Shown piece by piece: positions 1-12,340 of a stretch of DNA of 64,000 nucleotides. Source of the DNA: Paraspadella gotoi. Lineage: Eukaryota; Animalia; Chaetognatha. Numbering within the stretch: the stretch's first letter is position 1; every line of letters starts with the position of its first letter. Below the pieces are notes generated by a model. It did no database searches and was not told the origin of the DNA. It saw only the letters and a list, made by a program, of their open reading frames with translations. The stretch is taken from positions 9,866,370 to 9,930,369 of the forward strand of contig CM119268.1 of the NCBI GenBank assembly GCA_051294375.1, given 5' to 3'. The translations under genes and the position numbers were made by a program.

Positions 1-695
1 GGAATTTCGTTCGGTGGGCAGATGCCGTCGATTCTTCACCATCAAAGTCGCTCCTCCTCTTCCTATCAATCACTCATTTCCTCGCTACCTTCTCAGGCCT
101 CCCTCATTTACTCCAAAGCAAGGTCCAGGTTCTCTTCCAGTTCTTTAGTTTGCTTTGCAAAGAAAATGACGATCAATCATTAGGGGTGTCGTTATTTATA
201 ATTAATTATTATTCTATATATTATTAATATATATATATTATATTTCACACATTATTCACGTCGACAAGATAATTGACACATAGCAGTCTCCCTGCAAGGA
301 TTCAATAAAAGACATTCTCTAACAGCTATTTATTCACTCCCAGAAGACCACGGTCTGCTTCCCAGCTAGTCATGAAGTGGTATGATATTTATAGATATTT
401 TTTATTACTATAGTTACATTGTATACTCCCGTAAGTCACAACGTAATAGACTGGTAATTCTGTGAGCAAATCCGAAAATAGAGAGATTTATTAAGTATGA
501 TTTAGTGTTTGCATTGATTGTTTAAGCAGAAAAAAATTTGAAAATTGTTCTATTTTGGTAAAAAAAGCGGAGAGCTCGTTCACGAAAAACTGTAATTTGA
601 AGGATCTGTTTGTCTAACGGCATCCTTGCTAAGCGGGTCTTTGTAATCGCGAACAGGCCCATGCTTGTAANNNNNNNNNNNNNNNNNNNNNNNNN

Positions 696-3600
696 GCTCG
701 TGGAGGCGGTGGAGGGCGTGGTCAAGGGCGAGGAGAAGGGAAAGAAGGCGGGGACGAGGACGCTGCGGGCGGAGACGTCCTACGCCGCCGTNNNNNNNNN
801 NNNNNNNNNNNNNNNNNNNNNNNNNNNNNNNNNNNNNNNNNNNNNNNNNNNNNNNNNNNNNNNNNNNNNNNNNNNNNNNNNNNNNNNNNNNNNNNNNNNN
901 NNNNNNNNNNNNNNNNNNNNNNNNNNNNNNNNNNNNNNNNNNNNNNNNNNNNNNNNNNNNNNNNNNNNNNNNNNNNNNNNNNNNNNNNNNNNNNNNNNNN
1001 NNNNNNNNNNNNNNNNNNNNNNNNNNNNNNNNNNNNNNNNNNNNNNNNNNNNNNNNNNNNNNNNNNNNNNNNNNNNNNNNNNNNNNNNNNNNNNNNNNNN
1101 NNNNNNNNNNNNNNNNNNNNNNNNNNNNNNNNNNNNNNNNNNNNNNNNNNNNNNNNNNNNNNNNNNNNNNNNNNNNNNNNNNNNNNNNNNNNNNNNNNNN
1201 NNNNNNNNNNNNNNNNNNNNNNNNNNNNNNNNNNNNNNNNNNNNNNNNNNNNNNNNNNNNNNNNNNNNNNNNNNNNNNNNNNNNNNNNNNNNNNNNNNNN
1301 NNNNNNNNNNNNNNNNNNNNNNNNNNNNNNNNNNNNNNNNNNNNNNNNNNNNNNNNNNNNNNNNNNNNNNNNNNNNNNNNNNNNNNNNNNNNNNNNNNNN
1401 NNNNNNNNNNNNNNNNNNNNNNNNNNNNNNNNNNNNNNNNNNNNNNNNNNNNNNNNNNNNNNNNNNNNNNNNNNNNNNNNNNNNNNNNNNNNNNNNNNNN
1501 NNNNNNNNNNNNNNNNNNNNNNNNNNNNNNNNNNNNNNNNNNNNNNNNNNNNNNNNNNNNNNNNNNNNATATATTTTTTATTGTTTTGCCTAATATTTTT
1601 ATGATTTCTTATTCGTCTTTTATATTGTTAACTTTTTTTTAAATTTATTTTTACTTGATACAAATGCCGTTGACTGAGGTCGTCATCAAATTTATTGATA
1701 CCCATATTTGTAATAATAAATCATTTTTACAGACGGTGAACCTTTCGGAAAACCCGGCGCCCCTGGAGACGTCATTCGGGAACTCTTATAGATTTGGATC
1801 TCAACACCATCAGTAAGAAAAGCGATGAAACCAAGAAAACCAATGACAATTTTTTCCTAGTTACCATTAGAGTTCCGATAACCTGTTAACAGTTAACGGT
1901 TATTAAACTGGTTAAAATAGATTTTAACTTAACCGTTAATATATTTATTTTAACGGTTAAATTCGTTAAATTTTCAAGTATTGATTTTTATTATTTTTGT
2001 TATGAAAACTTTGATTTTTTAAGAGAAACAGTTTTTTTTTCCTGTCCTCTTATTCTCCTATCCCTTTCTCACTATATTTTTCCCGCCTGTCTGCTTCTAG
2101 CATTTTCCCCCTTTTTTTTTCTTTTGTTATTTTCAACACTTTGTTAAACTTTTTGTTCTATCCTAATCTCTTATCATTTTTTTCTGCCCTTCCAGTATTT
2201 TTTTTGACGTTACTTGTCTCCTAATTGTTTTCGTTTTTCGCTTTCAGCTATAATTTTTATACATTTACATCAAAGAATATGCCTTGAAATATATATATGC
2301 ATCTGCATATACTTTTTCTTGCAAATAAAATTCTTAGCATGCAATAATATTCTAGTTTTGGCTAATAATACAAGTAAATAATCTTTTCTAATTTTTTATT
2401 TTTGAATCAATCGATCAGTTCAACCATTCGATTAATAAATTGAATATTCATAATAAGAGGATAACAAAGTTTTATTTGTTTGACAAAATAACGGGTTTTT
2501 ATTCCAAAAACGGACATGTTTCGAACTTTAGTTTTTTCCGAGTCCTCATCAGCGCGTTGAGAGTCAAAACATGTCCGTTTTTTTTAATAAAAACCCATTG
2601 TTTTGTAAACAAATAAACTTTGCTTCACTTATCTATAAACGCAACGAAAAGAAAGTCTTACACAATATTCATAATTATATTTATATTTATGGTCAATTGG
2701 TCATGGGTTTTATGAAAGACTAACAACAGAAAACATGCTTTTCAGAAACTAACAACTATAAAAATAATGAGGAAGAGAAATAGAAAAAGAAAAAGCAAAA
2801 GCAAAAAAAAGAAGAGAAAGAGAAAACAAAATATACAGAATTGAATTACATTGTGCTTTTAATTTCATGAGTCAAAAGAAAAGATTTATTTATAAGTAGC
2901 TTTTTTTAATTAGCTGATGGGTAGATTCAAGATAGTTTTCTCAAACCAATTTCTCATTTAATCAACTATTTATTGTGTACCTCCATCCACTCCTGAAATA
3001 GAAGAATAAAGACGATTCAGGAGCCGGAGTTAAGGAGAAAAATACCATTAAATACTTTAATTATCTTTTAAAATATTAATATTTTGAATTTAAAGTTAAA
3101 TTATAAAATTAACGCGATTTTAACGGTTAACCGTTGAAAAACGTTAGTTTTTAACGGTTAAGGCGAAGTTCCTTAAAAATTAACGGTTAACGGAACCCTA
3201 GTTACCATTATCGAAGCAATGAGACCTACCGCTCCTGTTTGTAACACCCAACATTTTTTTAGGACTAACCTCGAAATGATTTGAAGGTAGAACATAATTT
3301 TACCCGTTGCCAGGTGGCGCATTAAGCGTGACTAAATAAACACTGAACAATACACGGGCTTCTCTCCTCACATTATACGAAACTGCTTTTCTTCCATCTC
3401 TGCTTGAAACGCTGATTCTTTCCCTCCCTCGATTTCAGGCTTCACCCTCAACGGCGAGATCTTGATGGACTCGACAGGATCAGAAACGGCATTTCGAGAC
3501 ATCCCTAACGAGCGAGGCTACGTGCCCGCCATCACGTTGGGCGCCGGTGAGATATGGAGAGAGCGCGGTATTCGATCTGATCATTTTTGGGATGAAGATT

Positions 3601-4372
3601 CACGTATTTATTCAACACAATGATGTCACTTTCGAATTTAGATTGCAGAAGATTGTTTAAATTGCATCGATAAGTTATGAGGCAACTTAATTAGTTAAAT
3701 ATAAATTACCTTTTTACAAAGGTCAACGCGCCAAACTCAACTTCGGCCGCGACGTAAACTCACTCCGCTGCTTCACCACCTACGGACTCCAGGAGGGCTA
3801 CGAGCCCTTCCAGGTCAACATGACCCGAGACATCACCCTGTGGTACAACAAGGATCTTCCTGTATTCGACTCGGCCGCTCAACAAGATCGACTGGAAATC
3901 ACCAGGATTCCCGCCGGGTAAGGAAAAGGGAGAAGTGAGGTTTAGGAGTTCTTATGAGATCTTTCCCGGCGCGTCTTGATTCAAAGTTTGTAAACAAACA
4001 AACGAACGAACCTTTTTTTTTTAATTTGGACAGAGACTCCTCACCGCCGGCTCTCAAAGTCTCCAGTAAATCCTTCGGAACTCTGTCTAAAGTCCAGACG
4101 GAATATCTCAGACTCAGTCTTCCCGTCACCGTGCTCGAAGCGTCAAAAGTAAAAATCAACTGCTTTGTTTTTCTTCGATTATTTTCCCCGTTTTTTTTTT
4201 TTTTTTTTTTTTTTTAAGTTTCTAATTAGAATTTTTGAAAATTTCTTTTCCCGATTTCTAGGCAAATCAGTCGTCGAAGCGATCTTCCATTCACATGACG
4301 CAAGTTCACGACATGACGACGATGCCGAGATCACAAGATGACTACGGTGAGATAGAAAGAGAGAGAGAGAGA

Positions 4373-4439
<67 letters not shown>

Positions 4440-5769
4440 GATCCCTTTTTTAACCTTTTCACCAGGCGATCCCGTTCCTCAGCCAGAGCCAATGCCCATA
4501 ATCACCAGGAGTTCACCGGGAAAGTTTTTGTCGGATCAAGAGCCTTTGAAGGTAAGTTAAAAAAAATAGGGCCAATAGTTTTTTTCTTTAAGAAAGCGTC
4601 GGTAGGTATAAAAAAAAACTATCAGATTAGTATAGACAATTAGACATTGATTCGGATCAATGTGTCATAAAAACTAGAAATGAATAACAAATATAATTCC
4701 GGGGACAACATGCCGTACCGCCAAGAATTTCGATTCTCGACCATCCTTCCGCAATCCTCTGCCGCCCCAACTCCCTCTCACACGCTCCTCCGGCCACCAC
4801 ACGAAAAAAAAAAGGATGTTTTGAAGAGATTCGATTCTTCTCTTTCGATCGGATTTTTGAACATCGAGGACGAGAGAAACAGACAGGTTGGGTCCCCGTC
4901 CGACGTCGCCCTTCGCAAGCTTCGGAACTCCCTCTTTTTTACCCTCCCCGTATGACCCTTTTGTTTTGTTTTTTTTGTTTTTTTATTCCTACCCTCGTTT
5001 TCCGGTGACGCCAATCCCTCACCGCCCTCTGTCGGCGATTTCGCATGCCATAGTTTTTGTTTTTTTTAATTCGCGCTCGCTCGGCGTTTGCCCTCTAGCG
5101 GTAGATGGTAGATGGTTAGTCTTTTTTTTGTTTTACTTCGTCGTTCGAAGTCACCAAGAACGATCGAGTGAGAGTTTCTGTTCTCTCAAGTCCTGATGAT
5201 CTGTTTGGCGCTTGAAAGGCTGAAGTCTGAAGCATCCTGTCAAGAGAATGTGCCCGCTCTGGGGGAGTCCGCGTTGCGCTCAATGTTCGTTAGTATCGCT
5301 AAAGCTCGAATTCCATCGCTTTGCCCGTTTTTATTGTCTTACGAACAACAGCCTAATTCACTGCATCGATTAGGAAATATCTTTTTTTCCTTCTTTTTTT
5401 TTTGCGGTTTTCCTGGCTGTGAACGCTGGTGCTATTATGGACAATTCTCATAAGTTTATTTCGATTTTTTCCTCACGGCTGACCCAACTGGGACCATCTC
5501 CTCTTTGGACCCCATGTCTGCTCTTTCCCTCTGCATCAACAACATCCCCGCCACCTCTGCCACTGTAAAAAACCCCCGGAAACGACTCAGGCCCGCGCCC
5601 GTTCCAAATCCCCCACTCGCAGTCTCCTCAATCTGCCGGACGCCATTCGCAATGCCGGAAGTAGGCGTGGCTCGGTGGCGTCGCTTCTCGGAGTCGACGG
5701 CGCCGGCTCGAGGAGAGGATCCGTGGCCTCCGTCATCTCGGAGAAACTCGGCGAGATATCGGTCCGACG

Positions 5770-5800
<31 letters not shown>

Positions 5801-8800
5801 TTACTCTCTCCTCTCTCTGTCTCTCTCTCTCTCTCTATCTCTCCTCTCTCTGTCTCTCTCTCTTTCCTCTCTCTTCTCTCTCTCTCTCAAATAATATTCA
5901 ATTCTCTTAATTTTTCCTGATAATTTGTTTTTCTTATCGACAGAAGCGCGGAAAATCCCCATTTAGAGGGCTGTTTGGGAAAAAGGTATTTTTTAACGTA
6001 CTATATTATACTTTTGCCGATTGTATAACTTTTCTAGACGTAGCTCGTAGAAAATTCATAATCGTAGATAGTCGGTTTTTCGGAGACAGACAATTTAAAT
6101 ATCAAAACAAACAGAGTTTTCTCCAGATATTTGGAGTCTATGAATATAATGTTGATTTCTGTGTTTTGAGTGCTATGCAGCCAATTTGGCTAAATTGTCG
6201 AAAGTTAATCTAAAATTGTTTTGGTCTTTTTCAGGACCCAAATGCTGCTGCAATGGACGGTAAGTTATTTTGTTTTATCTTTTTTTATATATATAATTTT
6301 ACCCCACTAACTATTCGCCCGTCTTAAAAAAAGGCTATCAATATTTATGCATCTTAGGTTTAATATAGAAAACTAATATTAACCTAATTATCCCTTAGAT
6401 GTTCCTACTATAATATACAGTGAGCCTGCTGATGCTGCTGAAAAAGATATGCAAGGTATATTGTTTTCTACAAAAACATTTTTTCATCTTGAAGTATCTC
6501 GTAGCGAAGCAGTTGAGAGAAATTTTTAAACGCATGACTGTTTGATGAAATGATCTTTAAACAGAGATGAGCTCTGCTTAAAAAAAAGCCCGTTATTTCG
6601 CTGTCGCAAGTTTAGCATATTAAACTGGCAAGAAGTTCAATTACTGTATTTTTAGTATTTTTTTTTTTATCCCTGAGAAAATATCTTATATTCGTGTTTG
6701 AATAACGTTGTAGTCGTTAATTACGTAGCGACGATTAATAAAAAAATAAAAAAAAGAAATAATGAGTAAAAATTGTTCGATTCCGTATTCATTACAAAAA
6801 AAAATAACGACGACGACGACGACGTGCACATCGATCAGGCGAAGCGAAAGAGAGTCTCCTCGGCAGATTTAGTAGAAAGGGAAAGAAGCCGCCGCCGCTT
6901 CCGAACCTGACGACCTCATCGGCGTCGGCCCCAGCCTCCAAGCCTTCCTCGCCGTCGTCGAGACAGGCCGAAGAAGTCGGTACGTGCCACGGCTCGAGAG
7001 CTTCATTGCGCCATGGCTGTCTTCCCTCTAGCTTTTTTTGCGCCACGGCTGTCTACCGTCTAGCTTTTTTTGCGCCACGGCTGTCTACCGTCTAGCTTTT
7101 TTGCGCCGCGGCTTTGTGACACGCTTTCTTTTTTAATTTTTTGTCAAGAGTTTTTTTTCTGAATTAAACTTTCAAACGCTTTCTCTCTGTTCGACGCCGA
7201 TCGCTGCTTACTGAACGATTTACATAGACGTTAGTCGACTAATAATTCAATTTATTTATAAATATTTATTATTTAGTATTCACCATCGAGATTTGAGCGG
7301 AAGTAATTTAATCAAAATAACGAAACATCCAAATTTATTTTATTAGACTTTTTAGGCTTTTATCTGATATTATCTCTATATTATCTATTATTTTTTCTGT
7401 ACGTTCCATAGGTTTTTAAAAAAATTATATAATTCTTTTAGGATTTTAAAAGAAATAAATTAAAAGAATTAAAGTGAATTAAAAAGCTGAACAGCTTTTA
7501 TTAACTTAGTAATTCTGAGTTATTTATCTTCTGTTAGTTACTTTCTGGTTGTTAAATGAATAAAGACGACTAACCTTTCGATCCCGCACCGTTTTCTTAA
7601 CGCCTTTCGTACTAAAAAACCAAAAACAATTAAACCGGAAATGCTCCACCGAAAAAAAAAGAGCATCCCTCTTTCGACGCGCCCCGAGCCGACGCTGAGC
7701 CCGCCCAAGCTCCGCCTTTAGTCGTTCCCATCGTCTCGCCCCAGCCGGCCACCCTACACCCCGATGTCAACTACCACGGTAAGGGCTTTTCCCATTTCGA
7801 TCTTCGGCATCGTGCGCATGATGCGTCCAGACATCCGTCCAAAGCCCAGTTTTCTCTGAGTTGATATTCATCCCCAGGAGTGACGAACAATTAATACTGA
7901 AAAGACGCATTCTCCCTCTTCCGGTCGTTGTTTTTTTGTTGTTTTTTTCGATTCCCTGGCTTTTTCGCGCATTCCTTCGTTGCCAGCCTTTCGTTTCGTT
8001 GCTCGCTCTTTGTTCGCTTCTCTTCTTTGAGATCGCATTTGAACTGAACTTTTTTTTTTTGTTCGCAGCGGATGCAGCCAAAGACGCGGGTCGCTCGCTC
8101 TTCGAACCCGTGGACATGGCGGCCGAAGCCGATCCCTTTTTGGCGGTGAGGAGAAGTTAACTGTTATAGTAATACAATTAGTTGTTTTCCTTTATTTATT
8201 TTAACTATTTTCCATCTTGTAACCCATCCTCCAGTCCACGGAAGAATACTACTTTTCCATCCACGTGTTCCCGGGTCAAGACTTGACCCGGGTCAACGTG
8301 GGTTGGGTCGGACCCGGATTTAAGTTCTGCGCGGAGAACTTCCGCCTTCAGGACACGAGGACTTCGACCGTCTGCGCCATCGACGAGGAGGGATACGTGC
8401 AGGTTCCTTTGTTGAAAACGGAACAGAATTTATGACAAGTCAATGTCAATACGACAATATGCAAATGAGATTGATGAATTCAATCTCATTCTTGGTTGTA
8501 TCAAAAGTTCCTTCCTTATATCTGTTCTATCCAACATTCGAGCTTTCATTGACAGAATTAGTCTGCCAATCAATTAGTTAATCGATCATTCCATTCTTCA
8601 ATCTATCAACCGATCTTTAACGTTGTGTATCATTAATTAACCTACTGAAGAGACAGTAATAATTGTTACGAGGTAGCGACAGAACCGTTCAATATAAGCA
8701 GTCCCAGAGCTTCGGATCAGGCTGTAACACCGTGTTACGGGCGGGTGAAGCGCTCCGTCCCTCTTAACTGCCAAGCGACCGCCGGGCTAGAACCCCGGAC

Positions 8801-11800
8801 TCTTTGGGTTAGGAGGCGTATGACTTGCCTCCTGCACCAATGGCCGCTGATGAACGGTTTGTGGATTTTATTCCACCATAATATATGCAAATCATTTTTT
8901 ATCCATAATCCAAATTTTTTATCAACAATAAGTTGACGTTTCATAAACTAATCGTTCTCAACTCTTCATTCACAGATTTCCAACGAACGTCGGGAATGTT
9001 TGGTCTTCAACGTGAACGATCTCATCCAATCAGTTTCACAGGCGAGTTTAATTTAGTACATGATCATTGATCAGTGATCACTAAAACAAACGGAATCGTG
9101 ATAAACGGCACTGAACTTCTCTTTCTTTCCTATGTAAAGTATGTATAATGTATTTGCTTTAACTTTGCTATTTATTATGCTTTCACTCTTTTCCTCCTGC
9201 TTTTCCTCCTCATCGTCTTTCTCCCCCTCTTCCTCATGATCGTGACTAAGAAGAAAGTTCTTAAATTCTATCCATGATTCGCTTCGTCGGTCGGTCGGTC
9301 GGTGTCACTCCCTTGATCCCCAATTCGTCCTTCAGGAGAGCAAGTCCATCTCGTCCGGAGTCTCCGTCGGTTGCATCGCGGATCTCGACACGGGCATCCT
9401 CTCCTTCGCCATCAACGGCAGGGAATCCCCGCTCAAGTATCAGGTCCGTGTCCAATGGGGTCCATATGGTCGATTTAGGAAGTCACACTCGAACAGAAAG
9501 ACCCGAGTATGTTGTTATTTGTTTGTTTACTTTGTTTGTTTTTTTTTTTGTTTTTTTTAGGTTGAATGCGGGACGAAACTTTTCCCAGCCGTCATCATCG
9601 AACCAACGAGCAAAGAACTTTTCCAAATCGAGCTCGGACGCACAAAAGTGAGCGTAGGCAGAGGCCGCGACTCTACTCATCAATTACATACATTATATTT
9701 ATTATAATTTGTTTTAATTAACGCTCTCCTCAGAGCACGCTTCCGCTCTCGGCCGCCTTTTTCCGGTCCCTCAACAAATCTCCGGTGCCGATGTGTCCGC
9801 CGAGACTCGAGGTTCAATCATTGAGGTATGGAATCTGGGAAGAGGGAGAAGTTTTTCTATAGGCGAAGGCAGGTTTAATTGGTAAAGAGTTCGAAATATG
9901 AACTCAAAAGAGAAGTTATATTTAACAGGAATTAATTTAAAAGTCAAGGACGTATAAAGAGATAATTAGCAGATATATATGTACGTTTTCTGTTTTAGTT
10001 TAATATAATAAAGATCGCATTTTCCGTGGTTGAATATTAAAGGCAAGAAACAAAATACTGAAACGATAACAAGTCAAACCCAATCTTACCCCACCCCCAC
10101 TCTGACTTCAGACTAACATCCTGGTCCCGGGTTCCCAACACCACGATTCGCTCCCAAGCGTTGAAGATGTCGGACACGAGAGGTTGGAGCCTCTTGGCCG
10201 ACGATCCCGTTTCCTTCATGGCCATCTACATCCCGGAGGAGGATCGTTGCTACGATATTCTCGATCTCGTCGAATACAAGACTCTCTTGAAGTCAGTGGA
10301 ATAAATTTTTTTTTTTCGGCGTAGAACTTAAAATAATTTTCAACTGACTTTGACTTTCTCATAGCTTCCACGCTCAAACCCTTCGTCTCTACGGCGCCGT
10401 CTGTTCCCATGGCAACAACCGCGTCGCTCACGAGTTGACGAAACACATTGACGAAAAACAACTCATCTGCGTCATTCAAGCGCCTTACCTCTCAGGTAAA
10501 TGTTCATTTCGCGATGAGTCACAATTAAACATTTAACGTAATATAATTCTTTACGTCTTTCTTTAGGAACTCTCCGAACTGCCTTCTACAGTCTGTTGAT
10601 CCAAATTCACCTGGAGAACCATTCGACCGCGAGGTACTAAAGTTTGAACTTTTAGTTTCTTTTAATCAACATCAGCATTTGATACTTTATAATCTACTAT
10701 CGCTATTATAACACTACATTTAATATCCCCATCCATTGTAAGAAATACTATAAAACTAAAACTTCAGGTCTCCCTTTCCACCTCATCATCATTTTACCAA
10801 CATAACGAATATTTATGGGTAAATTTGGTTGCACGCGTATCGGAACTGTAGTTCATTTTCAACGATTGCACTTTCTGTCTTCCAGTATTCGAGTAAACCA
10901 AGCTCGGCCTACGAGATGATTGGCCGAAAAGAATTGTTCTTCGACTCAGCTTGTTTTGGGGCCGGTCCACGTTTGATATTGGCCGTGATTACACGCCCTT
11001 AAGTGTTAAAATTTGCACGAGGGTGTTCGCGTTTGCTCGAGGAAGATAATCGGGCAAAAAAATGTCTTTTTGACTTTTGTTTATTTTACTTTCGTCGCAG
11101 AACTTTGACGCAAAACGAGTTCATAATCCCTCTGACGGAAGAAGCGAAAAACAGAAAATTAACGACCGAAGATTCGCCCTTTCCGTCGGTCGCTGGCGGA
11201 GTTTCCATTAGACCTGGAATGGACACCAATTCAGAGTGAGATTTGGGAAATGAATTTAATTAGTGAAAAAAATTGATGTGATTTTATTATATAAAAAAAA
11301 AGAAAGAAAGAGAAAGAAAGAAAGAAAGACTCACTGACTTAAGATACAAGGAATTAACTGTCAAAACCGTTTTTATTTTCTAGTTTTCAAGCTTCTTCTG
11401 TAGCCGTTTATCCCCTTCGGAAGAAATAAATAAATGAATGATTCAATGACTGAATGAATGAATGAAAGAATTTATAAAAGATTCAAAAAGAAAAATAGAG
11501 AGAGAAAAAAAAAGAAAGAAGAAAAAAAGAAAGAAAGAAAGAAAGAAAACAAACAATTCATCCAAACGATTGCGTCGCCAGGTTCGCGGGAAGCTCCGGT
11601 GGCGCCATCTTCTTTCCGCCTCCGTTTCCGATTGAGATGCTAAAGACGATGGTGCTGGAGGGACTCAACGACGCCGTCCGCAAGGGCATCAACCATTGCA
11701 GGGATCCAATTGGAGGATCCAACTCAAACCTTTTCGTGTAAGTTCAAATATTAAACGGTGAGATTCAAGTATTTTTTTTATTTCGCAATATTCAAATGAG

Positions 11801-12249
11801 TCAAGTCGTAAATTTGAATGACATTCTAGTATTTTTTTTTATTGGGAATCACTTTTATAAGGAAGCGCGTCATGATAGTTAATTGCTTTAGAAAAGTTCG
11901 CTCGAAACTTAGACGAAATGATTCGAAAACTGAAAAAAGTTTTAAAATTATCTTGATTCTTGAATATTCGAATTCAGAATTCAAATTCAGACGTCAGAAA
12001 AACATAAATTATATAATACGTCCAGAATATTTCCGAATATATGTATCATTAATCTTAAAATTAAAAAAACTGTTAACGCTGATGAAGGCTTGTACATACC
12101 TAAGCCGAATCATGTCCGTTATTAATAAAATAAATCGTTGTTGAAATTAATTTCAAACTCTTCTAATTACCAAATTAAAAGTCAAATCGACTTTGCTTGT
12201 GACTAATCGAGTAGGTTGAATATAATTTTGACAAGAGAGAGAGAGAGAG

Positions 12250-12340
<91 letters not shown>

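Noticed and set aside
1-670. Possible coding or TE remnant at the window start
   Set aside because: Multiple stops and no recognisable motif or termini.
610-1593. 327-aa ORF, and ORFs at 48722-49044 and 55488-55703
   Set aside because: They are open only because of N runs; only 696-792 is meaningful (an RyR exon fragment).
7008-7113. CRISPR-like array
   Set aside because: Contiguous tandem units without unique spacers, in eukaryotic context with no cas genes.
8269-8293. Perfect palindrome CCCGGGTCAAG-A-CTTGACCCGGG in an RyR exon
   Set aside because: Single occurrence in conserved coding sequence (PGQDLTRV); compatible with chance.
8774-8848. Functional tRNA gene
   Set aside because: The anticodon and D arms do not pair and there is no poly-T terminator; it continues into a SINE-like body.
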